From the NCBI GenBank assembly GCA_934162265.1, contig CAKPHZ010000002.1, positions 6,703 through 70,702 of the forward strand: 64,000 nt of DNA, read 5' to 3'. The translations under genes were made by a program, and so were the position numbers. Positions within the stretch are counted from its first letter, which is position 1, and each line of letters opens with the position of its first letter. A model generated the notes under the pieces. The model did no database searches, had not been told where the DNA came from, and worked only from the letters and a program-made list of their open reading frames with translations. Of this stretch, positions 1-9,505 are shown piece after piece. The DNA is from an uncultured Bacilli bacterium (lineage in GTDB: Bacteria > Bacillota_I > Bacilli_A > RF39 > UBA660).

Positions 1-1
1 A

Positions 2-466
2 GCGATGCATTGGGGAGTAGAATATACAGATGAGGCTACAGAATATGAAAAGGATATGGCTTCTTATTTGGCAAGTTTAGGTGTAGATATTATTATTGGT
101 GCTCATCCTCATGTTATTCAGCCAGTTACTTGGATTGATAAGACTTTAGTAATTTATTCTTTAGGTAATTTTATTTCGGCTCAGTATCAGACTGATGATT
201 ATAATAAGATGGTTGGTTTGATGACTAGTTTAGAGATAAAAAAGAAAGTAAAAGGGAAAGATGTAACGATTAGTATTTCTAATGTTGATAATGATTTGGT
301 ATATACTTATTATAAGAATTGGCGAGGATTTAAAGTTGTTCCATTTTCTAGTTCGGAGATTGCTAATTATTTGCCTGATTATAAAAGGGTTCATGATAAA
401 TATGCTAAGGTGGTAAAGAAATATGATAATAATATTTCGGTAAAACCTGCTTATGGAGAAGAATAA
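2..466 (+). CDS. CapA-family (PGA_cap, metallophosphatase-like) protein, C-terminal part; 5' end lies outside the window
   Basis: The frame is open to the window edge. The translation (MHWGVEY..DMASYLASLGVDIIIGAHPHVIQPVTWI..LVIYSLGNF) closely parallels the C-terminus of the next ORF. Confidence 0.7.
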   Translation, partial: AMHWGVEYTDEATEYEKDMASYLASLGVDIIIGAHPHVIQPVTWIDKTLVIYSLGNFISAQYQTDDYNKMVGLMTSLEIKKKVKGKDVTISISNVDNDLVYTYYKNWRGFKVVPFSSSEIANYLPDYKRVHDKYAKVVKKYDNNISVKPAYGEE

Positions 467-1677
467 TGAGAAAAATAAGAAATAAGAAAAAGAAAAAATT
501 TATCGTTTTAGTTCTTCTTTTCTTTATTTCTCTTTTTACTTTTGGAGGAGTAGTTCTTTATCAGTATTTTCCTGTTTTTGAACAAAAGAAAACAATAAAA
601 AAGGAAAAAAATACTTCTAAAGAAAATAAGAAGAGTATAGAGAAATTATCTATGGTTATGGTAGGAGATAATTTAATTCATGATAAGATATATTGGGATG
701 CTAAGAATGAGGGTGGTTATGATTTTAAGCCTATTTTTAGGGAAATTAAACCTATTATTCAAAAATATGATATTGCTTATTATAATCAAGAGACAATTTT
801 AGGAGGATCAGATATTGGGGTTTCTAGTTATCCTGCATTTAATAGTCCTTATGAAGTAGGAGACGCGATGATTGATACTGGATTTAATTTAGTTTCTCTT
901 GCTACTAATCATACAATGGATAGAGGAGAGAGGGCAATTTTAAATTCTAGGAAGTACTGGGATAGTAAGAGTGATGTTTTGGCTGTTGGAAGTTATTCTA
1001 GTACGGATGATCGAAATAAGATTCGGATTGTTACCAAAAATAATATTCGTTATACCATGTTAAATTATACATATGGAACGAATGGAATAAGTGTTCCTAG
1101 TGGAAAAGAATACTTAGTTAATATTTGGCCTGTTACTGGGAATAATCCTGATACAGATACTTTGTACCAAGAATATAAAAGTCAGGTAAAAAAAGACGTT
1201 GAACAGGTTAGGGATAAAGTTGATTTACTTATTGTTGCAATGCACTGGGGTGTGGAATATCAGGATATGCCTAATCGTTATCAGGAAGATATGGCTTCTT
1301 ATTTAGCTAGTTTAGGAGTAAATATTATTATTGGTACCCATCCACATGTTATTCAGCCAGTTACTTGGATTAATCAAACTTTAGTGATTTATTCGCTTGG
1401 TAATTTCTTATCTGCTCATGAAGTAGTTAATTTGTCTAACCGAGTTGGTTTGATGAGTATGGTTGACATTTATAAAGAAAATGATAAAATAATATTAAAG
1501 AATTTACATAACGAGTTATTGTATACTTATTATAATTCTTCTTATCAAGATTTTTTAATTATTCCTTTTTCTTCTATGGAAGAGAAGTATTTAAGTAATT
1601 ATCGTGAAGTATATTCTAAATATAAAGGAATAGTTCAAGCATTAGATAAGAATATATTTGTTCAGTCACTGGATTAA
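466..1677 (+). CDS. CapA-family (PGA_cap) membrane-anchored protein
   Basis: 403-aa ORF with a TAATG stop/start overlap with the upstream paralogue. It has a K-rich N-terminus plus one hydrophobic helix. Motifs VGDNLIH, LATNHTMDRG, VAMHWGVEY and IIGTHPHVIQP are typical of CapA-like metallophosphatases. Confidence 0.8.
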   Translation: MRKIRNKKKKKFIVLVLLFFISLFTFGGVVLYQYFPVFEQKKTIKKEKNTSKENKKSIEKLSMVMVGDNLIHDKIYWDAKNEGGYDFKPIFREIKPIIQKYDIAYYNQETILGGSDIGVSSYPAFNSPYEVGDAMIDTGFNLVSLATNHTMDRGERAILNSRKYWDSKSDVLAVGSYSSTDDRNKIRIVTKNNIRYTMLNYTYGTNGISVPSGKEYLVNIWPVTGNNPDTDTLYQEYKSQVKKDVEQVRDKVDLLIVAMHWGVEYQDMPNRYQEDMASYLASLGVNIIIGTHPHVIQPVTWINQTLVIYSLGNFLSAHEVVNLSNRVGLMSMVDIYKENDKIILKNLHNELLYTYYNSSYQDFLIIPFSSMEEKYLSNYREVYSKYKGIVQALDKNIFVQSLD

Positions 1678-1689
1678 GGAAGAGGTGTT

Positions 1690-2577
1690 ATGATGGAAGA
1701 AGAAAGAGAAGAAATTAAGACAACAAATATTAATAATAACCCAAGAAGGCAACAATTAATAGAAGAAAATTATAGAAGAGAAAGACAACAAGAACTGGCA
1801 AAGGAGAAAAAAAGAAAGGCGATTCAAAGGAAACGCAACAAGAAAAAAATTAAGAGAGCTATTTTTATTGCTGCCATTGCCACAATAGCTATTGGAGGAC
1901 TTAATTATGCTTATAAAAAAGTTACACGTGATCCACTCGAGGTAGCTTCTAGTAATGTTCAAAAACATATCGGTAAATTTTATGATAAAGAGGGAGAAAT
2001 TATTACCGAATATGAAGAAGAAGCAGACGCCTTAGAACAAGAATTGCAATACAATGAACAGAGTAGTAATAGTAAATTATCTTCTGTTGCTGATGATACA
2101 CAAGAAAAGATAGATGTTCAAATTTCTAAATTAGCGGATAAGATGATAAAAGATTTTGATGGTTTAAGTTCTACAGAAGTGAAAACTTCTTGTTTAAAGA
2201 GAACGGATGATAAAGAAAATTATTTTTATAACTTTTCTCTTTATCATAAGAAGAGTGTTATTTTAAATTGGCTAAATCAATATTTTGATTATTCTCAAGT
2301 TGAGAATGTTTATGATAGTTTATCTGAAGAAGAAGTTAATGCTTTAATTGCTTTTACTACTTATGATAGTATTGAAAACTGGAAAGGTGGCTCAGATAAT
2401 AAAGGAGCTTTTCTTAGAAGATTTGGGTTTACCTCTGACCAAAGTGATGAAGAAAAATTAGAAATCGCAAAAAAGATTGTTTCTGATGTTTCTTTTAAGG
2501 TTGCTAAAGAGAGTTTGTCACAGCAATTAGGACAATCTTTAGATATAGAAGCAAAAAGTGTAGGAAAGGGTAGATAA
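1690..2577 (+). CDS. hypothetical bitopic membrane protein (K/R-rich N-terminus, single TM, acidic C-terminal domain)
   Basis: 295-aa ORF with an RBS-like GGAAGAGG upstream and one hydrophobic segment (AIFIAAIATIAIGGL). No recognisable family. Confidence 0.6.
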   Translation: MMEEEREEIKTTNINNNPRRQQLIEENYRRERQQELAKEKKRKAIQRKRNKKKIKRAIFIAAIATIAIGGLNYAYKKVTRDPLEVASSNVQKHIGKFYDKEGEIITEYEEEADALEQELQYNEQSSNSKLSSVADDTQEKIDVQISKLADKMIKDFDGLSSTEVKTSCLKRTDDKENYFYNFSLYHKKSVILNWLNQYFDYSQVENVYDSLSEEEVNALIAFTTYDSIENWKGGSDNKGAFLRRFGFTSDQSDEEKLEIAKKIVSDVSFKVAKESLSQQLGQSLDIEAKSVGKGR

Positions 2578-2578
2578 G

Positions 2579-2815
2579 ATGCAAGATCAAGAAATGGAAG
2601 TTGAGTATGTTACTTTAGAAGATGGTAATGATTACTTTGTTGTTGATATTATTGATCATTATGTTTATTTAAAAAAAGAAGATGATGATAAGACATTTGA
2701 AATTAGAGAAGTAGTAAAAGAAGAGAATGGAGAAGAATTCTTTGTAGAACTTGATAGTCAAGAAGAGTATGAGAAAGCTTTATTATTATTTACAAAGAAG
2801 TATGTCAATCAATAA
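2579..2815 (+). CDS. small acidic protein, DUF1292 (YrzB)-like
   Basis: 78 aa, starting 1 nt after the upstream stop. The pattern VTLEDGNDYFVV...YVYL...FEIREV..ENGEEFFVELDSQEEYEKALLLF resembles DUF1292 proteins. Confidence 0.45.
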   Translation: MQDQEMEVEYVTLEDGNDYFVVDIIDHYVYLKKEDDDKTFEIREVVKEENGEEFFVELDSQEEYEKALLLFTKKYVNQ

Positions 2816-2838
2816 TTTGATTTTATTAGTAAACTAAA

Positions 2839-2868
2839 AAGAAATATTCTTTGGAATATTCTTTTTTC
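2839..2868 (+). terminator. intrinsic terminator
   Basis: A hairpin of about 10 bp (AGAAATATTC/GAATATTCTT, one bulge) followed by a T-run. Confidence 0.6.
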
Positions 2869-2906
2869 TGTGGTATACTATTTTAAGAAATTAAGAAAGA
2901 TGGTAG

Positions 2907-4829
2907 ATGGTGATGGTTAAGAAAACAACAAATACTTATGATGAAAATTCAATTAAAATATTAGAAGGATTAGAGGCTGTTAGAAAAAGACCTGGTATGT
3001 ATATTGGCTCTACTGATAAAAGAGGTCTTCATCATTTAGTTTGGGAAATTGTCGATAATGGTGTAGATGAGGCTTTGAATGGTTATGGAAATCATTTAGA
3101 GATTATTATGCATAAAGATGGTTCTGTTAGTGTTACAGATCATGGTAGAGGAATTCCAACAGGAATGCATGCTTCTGGGAAAAGCACTCCTGAAGTAATT
3201 TATACAGTGCTTCATGCTGGAGGTAAGTTTTCAGAAGGTGGCTATAAAGTAAGTGGAGGACTTCATGGTGTAGGTGCTTCTGTTGTTAATGCTTTGTCTA
3301 GTTTTATGGAAGTGACGACGAGGTATCAAGGAGAAGAATATTATATTTCGTTTAAAAATGGTGGGCATGTCGATAAAAAATTAACAAAGTTAGGTAGTAC
3401 TAATAAGACAGGGACTACTGTTCATTTTATGCCCGATAGTGAAATTTTTAGTAGTACAAAGTTTAATTTTAGTGTTATTTGTGAGAGAATGCAGGAATGT
3501 GCTTTTTTGGTAAATGGACTTAGTATTGAAATTACTGATGAAATTGAAGGAAAGACAGAAAAATACTTATATCATAATGGTCTTGAGTCTTTTGTTGAAT
3601 ATTTGAATGAAGGAAAGGATGTTTTACATAAAGTATTATGTTTTAAAGCTAATAAAGATCAAATTAATGTTAGTGTTGCTCTTCAATATACGGATAGTTA
3701 TTCTGAGAATATTATTTCGTTTGTAAATAATGTAAAGACTAGTGATGGAGGTTCTCATGAAGTTGGATTTAAGACTGCTTTAACAAAAGTATTAAATGAT
3801 TATGCTAGAGAAAATAATTTTATTAAGGCTCGTGATAAATCGTTTGAGGGATCAGATGTTAGAGAAGGTCTTACGGCAATTATTAGCGTACAAATTCCTG
3901 AGTCTATTCTTCAATTTGAAGGTCAGACAAAAGCTAAATTAGGAACTCCTGTTGCTAGAAGTATTGTTGAGGCAGTTACTACAGAAAAGTTAAAGTTTTT
4001 CTTGGAAGAAAATAAGTCAATTGCGACTATGATTGTGACCAAAGCATTAAAGGGAAAGGATGCTAGAGAGGCAGCTAGAAAAGCTAGAGAAGAATCTCGT
4101 AAGGGGAAAGATTCTAAAAAAATAGAAAAGATTTTAAGTGGAAAATTAACTCCAGCTCAGACAAAAGATAAATTATCTCGTGAATTATTTATTGTAGAGG
4201 GAGACTCTGCTGGTGGCTCTGCTAAACAAGGAAGAAATAGAAAAACTCAAGCAATTTTACCATTGAGAGGTAAGGTTTTAAATACTGAGAAAGCAAAATT
4301 AGAAGATATTTTTAAGAATGAAGAAATTAATACTTTAATTCATACTATAGGTGCTGGGTATGGGAATAATTTTAATATTAAAGATATTTGTTATGGTAAA
4401 GTTATTATTATGACCGATGCTGATGATGATGGAGCACATATTCAATGTTTACTTTTAACTTTCTTCTATCGTTATATGAAGCCTTTGATAGAAAATGGGA
4501 ATCTTTATATTGCTATGCCTCCTTTATATAAGGTAACGATTGGTTCACATGAGCATTATTTATGGACAAATGAAGAGTTACGTGAACTTACAAAAGGAAA
4601 GAGTAATTATAAGATTCAACGTTATAAAGGATTAGGTGAGATGAATGCTCATCAGTTATGGGAAACGACAATGGATCCAGAGAAGAGAAGTTTAGTTAAA
4701 GTAAATATTACAGATGTTGCTCTTGCAGAAAAGAGAGTTTCTGTTTTAATGGGAGATGCTGTTGAACCTAGAAAAAATTGGATTAATGAAAATGTTGTAT
4801 TTACCTTGGAAGATAATTATAAGATTTAG
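2907..4829 (+). CDS. parE: DNA topoisomerase IV subunit B
   Basis: 640 aa. It carries GHKL/Toprim motifs (LEGLEAVRKRPGMYIGS, EGDSAGGSAKQGR, IMTDADDDGAHIQ). ParE-specific strings as remembered from B. subtilis ParE: PTGMH..GK.TPEVI, LQFEGQTKAKLGT, REAARKAREE, LSGKLTPA, GKVLNTEKAKLEDIFKNEEINT, FFYRYMKPLIE. Confidence 0.8.
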   Translation: MVMVKKTTNTYDENSIKILEGLEAVRKRPGMYIGSTDKRGLHHLVWEIVDNGVDEALNGYGNHLEIIMHKDGSVSVTDHGRGIPTGMHASGKSTPEVIYTVLHAGGKFSEGGYKVSGGLHGVGASVVNALSSFMEVTTRYQGEEYYISFKNGGHVDKKLTKLGSTNKTGTTVHFMPDSEIFSSTKFNFSVICERMQECAFLVNGLSIEITDEIEGKTEKYLYHNGLESFVEYLNEGKDVLHKVLCFKANKDQINVSVALQYTDSYSENIISFVNNVKTSDGGSHEVGFKTALTKVLNDYARENNFIKARDKSFEGSDVREGLTAIISVQIPESILQFEGQTKAKLGTPVARSIVEAVTTEKLKFFLEENKSIATMIVTKALKGKDAREAARKAREESRKGKDSKKIEKILSGKLTPAQTKDKLSRELFIVEGDSAGGSAKQGRNRKTQAILPLRGKVLNTEKAKLEDIFKNEEINTLIHTIGAGYGNNFNIKDICYGKVIIMTDADDDGAHIQCLLLTFFYRYMKPLIENGNLYIAMPPLYKVTIGSHEHYLWTNEELRELTKGKSNYKIQRYKGLGEMNAHQLWETTMDPEKRSLVKVNITDVALAEKRVSVLMGDAVEPRKNWINENVVFTLEDNYKI

Positions 4830-4884
4830 ATTTTCTTTCTTGAAAATACTTACATTTTCTTTTTCTTTATAAGGAGAATTGATA

Positions 4885-5334
4885 ATGGATAAGGATGTTT
4901 TTTATATGAAATTGGCGCTTAAAGAGGCAACTAATGCGTACTTTTTAGATGAGGTACCAATTGGTTGTGTAATTGTTTTTCATGATCAAGTTTTGGTTAG
5001 TACATATAATCGAAAAACGATCGATCAAATTGCAACTTCGCATGCTGAGATTTTAGCGATTAATGAGGCTTGTCGTCAATTAGGTAGTTGGTATTTGGAT
5101 GAATGTGTTTTATATACTACGGTTGAACCTTGTTTAATGTGTACTGGGGCAATTATTCAATCGAGAATAAAGAGAGTGGTTTATGGTTGTTCTAATCAAG
5201 ATTTTGGTTACCTTTCTCAGTTAAAAAATTCTAAAATAGAAGTTGTATCAGGAATATTAGAAGATGAATGTGTTTCTATTTTGCAAAATTTTTTTCAAAA
5301 AAAAAGAAAACAACATAAAGAAGAAGTTTCTTAA
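4885..5334 (+). CDS. tadA: tRNA-specific adenosine deaminase
   Basis: CDA-fold zinc motifs HAE...PCLMCTGA. AGGAG lies 8 nt upstream of the ATG at 4885; the track's TTG at 4879 is less likely. Confidence 0.85.
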   Translation: MDKDVFYMKLALKEATNAYFLDEVPIGCVIVFHDQVLVSTYNRKTIDQIATSHAEILAINEACRQLGSWYLDECVLYTTVEPCLMCTGAIIQSRIKRVVYGCSNQDFGYLSQLKNSKIEVVSGILEDECVSILQNFFQKKRKQHKEEVS

Positions 5335-5336
5335 GA

Positions 5337-6545
5337 TTATTTAATATTTTCTAGTTTTGTCATAATTTCTTTTAATATTTTTTCATTTTTATTATTTTTG
5401 GGTACGTAATATTTTGCTTTTTTGATTTCATCAGGTAAGTATTGTTGGTTGACATAGTCGTTTGGATAATCGTGGGGATATTTATAGTCGGGGGAGTGAT
5501 TAATAATATGTTTAGGAACTCCTCCAATTTTTTTTGTATGAATATCATTTAATACTTTATCAATTGATGCTTCTGCTGAATTACTTTTTGGGCTAAGTGC
5601 TAATTCAATTACGATGCAGGCTAAAGGAATTCTAGCTTCTGGTAATCCAAGTCTTAAGGCAGAATTAATAGCAGCATCGACCTTTGGTCCCATACTAGGA
5701 TTAGCAAGTCCAATATCTTCGTAGACAATTACTGATAATCTTCGGCAAATGATATCAATATCTCCAGCTTCTACTAGAAGTCCAAGGTAATACAAAGAAG
5801 CATGGACATCACTTCCCCGAATAGATTTTTGAAAAGCACTAATAGCATTATAGTAGCCATCTCCATTTTTGTCGATAATGATATTTGATTTTCCACTAAT
5901 ACTTTCTAATAACTTTATTGTGATGTGATGGCTATTATTTGCATAGTAGGCTATTTCTATTAAGTTATAAACAGATCTTAAGTCATGATTAGAATTATTT
6001 TTGATGAAATTTTTGGCATCTGAATCAATTTTTATATTTTCTAAGATATTTGAATTAATGACTTTATTGATTGCTGTGTTAATGTCTTCATCACTTAAAT
6101 CTTTTAATTCGAATATTTGGCATCTACTTCTAATGGCAGGATTGATTGCATGGTATGGATTAGAGGTAGTAAGTCCAATTAAGGTAATTAGTCCTGATTC
6201 TAGGTAAGGAAGAAGTAAGTCTTGTTTATCTTTATTCAGACGATGAATTTCATCTAAAATTAATACCATTCCTTGATACAATTTTGCTTCTTCGATGATA
6301 ATATCAAAGTCTTTTTTTGTATTAATAACAGCATTGAATGTACGATATTTAACATTTAATTCTGATACAATTGCATGAGCAATAGTAGTTTTTCCTATTC
6401 CTGGATTTCCATATAAAATCATAGAGAATAGTTTTTTATTTTGAAGGAGATTGGTCAGTATTTTATTTTTCCCAATTAAGTGTTTTTGTCCAATTACTTC
6501 TTCTAATTTTGTTGGTCTTAATTTGATTGCTAGTGGTTCATTCAT
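5337..6545 (-). CDS. rarA: replication-associated recombination protein A (AAA+ ATPase)
   Basis: 402 aa with Walker A GNPGIGKTT, Walker B LILDEIHR and the MgsA C-terminal region (SIRGSD..A.YYL). Confidence 0.85.
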   Translation of the reverse strand: MNEPLAIKLRPTKLEEVIGQKHLIGKNKILTNLLQNKKLFSMILYGNPGIGKTTIAHAIVSELNVKYRTFNAVINTKKDFDIIIEEAKLYQGMVLILDEIHRLNKDKQDLLLPYLESGLITLIGLTTSNPYHAINPAIRSRCQIFELKDLSDEDINTAINKVINSNILENIKIDSDAKNFIKNNSNHDLRSVYNLIEIAYYANNSHHITIKLLESISGKSNIIIDKNGDGYYNAISAFQKSIRGSDVHASLYYLGLLVEAGDIDIICRRLSVIVYEDIGLANPSMGPKVDAAINSALRLGLPEARIPLACIVIELALSPKSNSAEASIDKVLNDIHTKKIGGVPKHIINHSPDYKYPHDYPNDYVNQQYLPDEIKKAKYYVPKNNKNEKILKEIMTKLENIK

Positions 6546-6669
6546 TTTCTTCTTCCTTTCTGTTTTATTATTATAGCATGGAGTAATGGGAATGTAAATT
6601 ATGGAAATTTTGTATCTTTTTTTATCATTTCATGATATACTAGATTAGAATAGTATAGTAGGTGATAGG

Positions 6670-7596
6670 GTGGAAAAACTTTTTAAAACAATAGATGAAC
6701 AATTAGATATTTTAAAAGGAAAAGGGTTAATTATTGAAGATGAAGCTTTAGCTAGGGAAATTTTACTTCGTGAAAATTATTTTTTTATTAATGGATATCG
6801 CATTTTATTAATGAACTCTTATCGGGATAAAACTTTTGTTGTTGGAGCTACTTTTCGTGAACTTTATTCTATTTTTTTGTTTGATCGAAGTTTTCGAAAT
6901 ATTTTATTTAAAAACTTACTTATTGTTGAGAATCAATTAAAGTCTGTTATTTCTTATCAATTATCTAAAAAGTATGGTTATCGTGATAAAGATTATTTAA
7001 ATTCTAAAAATTTTACGATGGATAGAAATAAATCTAGAAGGGTAAAAGATGTTATTGAAAAAATGAAGCGTCAAATTCGGGTAAATGGGGCTCATCATAT
7101 GGCAACGATGCATTATATGAATAATTATGGTTATATTCCTTTATGGGTATTGGTAAAAGTTCTATCCTTTGGAATTGTGACGGAGTTATATTTGATTTTA
7201 AAACCAGAAGATCAAGTTGCGATTGCTGATATTTTTGGAATGAATACAAATTATTTAGAGAATTTTTTACCTATTTTATCTAACTATCGCAATTTGTGTG
7301 CTCATGAAGATATTGTTTATGAACATCGATCTGAGAATGTTATTTTAAATACTCCTTATCATGAAAAATTAGGTATTCCTAGAATGGATGACGAGTATAT
7401 TTATGGAAAAAATGATGTTTTTTCTGTAATGATTATGATGAAATATTTACTTCGTAGTGATGATTTTCGAATGATGATGAGAGAAATCGAGTATGAAATT
7501 GAAAAACTAGATGGGGCGATTGATTCTATTCCTATTGAAAAGATATTGGATCGAATGGGGATACCTGAAGATTATATGGATTTAGTAAATATGTAA
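6670..7596 (+). CDS. Abi_2 (AbiD/AbiF-like) abortive-infection family protein
   Basis: 308 aa with a GTG start 5 nt after AGGTGA. The layout (ENYFFINGYR, RNILF..L..VEN.LKS, NYRNLCAHED) matches the Abi-like PF07751 pattern from memory. Confidence 0.7.
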   Translation: MEKLFKTIDEQLDILKGKGLIIEDEALAREILLRENYFFINGYRILLMNSYRDKTFVVGATFRELYSIFLFDRSFRNILFKNLLIVENQLKSVISYQLSKKYGYRDKDYLNSKNFTMDRNKSRRVKDVIEKMKRQIRVNGAHHMATMHYMNNYGYIPLWVLVKVLSFGIVTELYLILKPEDQVAIADIFGMNTNYLENFLPILSNYRNLCAHEDIVYEHRSENVILNTPYHEKLGIPRMDDEYIYGKNDVFSVMIMMKYLLRSDDFRMMMREIEYEIEKLDGAIDSIPIEKILDRMGIPEDYMDLVNM

Positions 7597-7607
7597 GGAG
7601 GAGAAAG

Positions 7608-8705
7608 ATGAAAAAGAATAGTGTTAGAATTATTTTGATTATAGTAGTATTACTTTCTTTTATTAGTGGTTCTGTTGGAATGTATTTTGTTTCTTTATTG
7701 GGTGCAGATAATGTGAAGACAGTAATTTCAACAGGTAGTTCATCTTTAGAAGAGAAGGATACTATTTCTAAGGGAGTCGAGAATGTATATGATGCTGTTG
7801 TAGTTGTTGAAGGATTTTCTAATAATAAATTAGCTTCTACTGGTACAGGTTTTGTTTATAAAAATGGAAATGGGGTTTCATATATCATGACTAATCACCA
7901 TGTTGTTTCTGGCATGGATTCTGTAAAAGTTGTTTTAAGTGATAAAACAGTTTTAAAAGCACAAGTTCGTGGTAGCGAAGCTTATTCAGATATTGCTGTT
8001 TTAGCAGTTGATTCTAAATCAGTAAAATCTGTTGCTGTTATGGGAGATAGTGATAATCTAAAAGTAGGAGATACTGTATTTACAGTAGGGTCACCTGAGG
8101 GAGCAGATTATGCTGGTACAGTTACCAAAGGAATTTTATCTGGAAAAGATCGAATGGTTGCTGTTGCTCTTTCTAACGAATCTTCTTCGGATTACTATAT
8201 GAAAGTATTACAAACTGATGCTGCCATTAATCCAGGAAATAGTGGAGGTCCTTTATGTAATATTAATGGAGAGGTAATAGGAATTACTAATATGAAGTTA
8301 GTTGATTCTACAGTTGAAGGAATTGGTTTTGCAATTCCTATCGATGATGCTTTGTTTTATGCCTCTACTTTAGAAAAAGGGGGAACAATTTCTAGACCTT
8401 ACTTTGGAATAGGAATGTTAGATTTAAATAATAGTTATTATTTATGGAAAAGTGGTATTACTGTTCCTGATACTATTAAAGAAGGTGTAGTTGTTACTGA
8501 GGTTTCTTTGACTTCTCCAGCAGGATTCGCAGGATTAAAAAAAGGAGATATTATTCTTTCTATTGGAGGAGAAAAAGTAAAATCCATTGCCGAATTTCGT
8601 TATGTATTGTATAAGCATAAAGCAGGTGAAAAAGTAGCAGTGGAATTTTATCGAAATAATAAAATTAAAAAAGTTGAAGTTAAGTTAGGAACTTCTAAAA
8701 ATTAA
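7608..8705 (+). CDS. htrA: HtrA/DegP-family serine protease with C-terminal PDZ domain
   Basis: N-terminal TM anchor, a catalytic triad context (TNHHV, DIAVL, GNSGGP) and a PDZ-like tail. Confidence 0.85.
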   Translation: MKKNSVRIILIIVVLLSFISGSVGMYFVSLLGADNVKTVISTGSSSLEEKDTISKGVENVYDAVVVVEGFSNNKLASTGTGFVYKNGNGVSYIMTNHHVVSGMDSVKVVLSDKTVLKAQVRGSEAYSDIAVLAVDSKSVKSVAVMGDSDNLKVGDTVFTVGSPEGADYAGTVTKGILSGKDRMVAVALSNESSSDYYMKVLQTDAAINPGNSGGPLCNINGEVIGITNMKLVDSTVEGIGFAIPIDDALFYASTLEKGGTISRPYFGIGMLDLNNSYYLWKSGITVPDTIKEGVVVTEVSLTSPAGFAGLKKGDIILSIGGEKVKSIAEFRYVLYKHKAGEKVAVEFYRNNKIKKVEVKLGTSKN

Positions 8706-8783
8706 TAGTTAATTTTAATAAAATTTAAAGCTTTTATGTTACAATAATAGGGACTTAAGAAGTTAGGAAAGGAATGATTATTT

Positions 8784-9323
8784 ATGGAATTAAGAGGAAG
8801 TAAAACTGAACAAAATTTAATGACTGCTTTTGCTGGAGAAAGTCAAGCTCGTAATAAATATACTTATTTTGCTAGTAAGGCTAGAAAAGATGGTTATGAA
8901 CAAATCGCTGCTATTTTTGAGGAAACTGCAAATAATGAAAAAGAGCATGCTAAGATGTGGTTTAAAGAGTTAAATGGTGGTTCTATTCCTGATACTGCTG
9001 CAAATTTATTAGCTGCCGCTGAGGGAGAAAACTACGAATGGACAGATATGTATCAAGATTTTGCTAAGACTGCTAAAGAGGAAGGTTTTGATCGATTAGC
9101 TTATCTTTTTGAAGGTGTTGCACAGATAGAAAAGGAACATGAGGACAGATATCGTAAGTTACTTGAAAATGTTGAAGGTGGTTTAGTTTTCTCTAAAGAC
9201 GGAGATAAGATTTGGAAATGTCGCAATTGTGGACATATTGTTATTGGAAAGGAAGCTCCAAAAGTTTGTCCTATATGTGCTCATCCTCAAAGTTATTTTG
9301 AAATTAAAGCTGAAAATTACTAA
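8784..9323 (+). CDS. rbr: rubrerythrin
   Basis: Ferritin-like di-iron domain (EExxH repeats: [19 protein letters not shown]) plus a C-terminal rubredoxin CRNCGH...CPICAHP. Confidence 0.9.
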   Translation: MELRGSKTEQNLMTAFAGESQARNKYTYFASKARKDGYEQIAAIFEETANNEKEHAKMWFKELNGGSIPDTAANLLAAAEGENYEWTDMYQDFAKTAKEEGFDRLAYLFEGVAQIEKEHEDRYRKLLENVEGGLVFSKDGDKIWKCRNCGHIVIGKEAPKVCPICAHPQSYFEIKAENY

Positions 9324-9353
9324 AATTAATGTTTACAAAAGCATTAATTTTTT
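9322..9353 (+). terminator. intrinsic terminator of rbr
   Basis: A 10-bp stem AAAATTAATG/CATTAATTTT followed by Ts, directly after the stop codon. Confidence 0.6.
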
Positions 9354-9505
9354 AAATTCTTTTAAATTTGGTGGATTTAACAAAAAGTATTCGTTATAAA
9401 ATTACTTAATATTAATTTGAATTTTTTAAAGAGTTATTTAGTTTTTTTTAAGTTTTAAGAAATAAAATATAATAAAATTACATCTAAAATTTAGATGTAA
9501 TTTTT

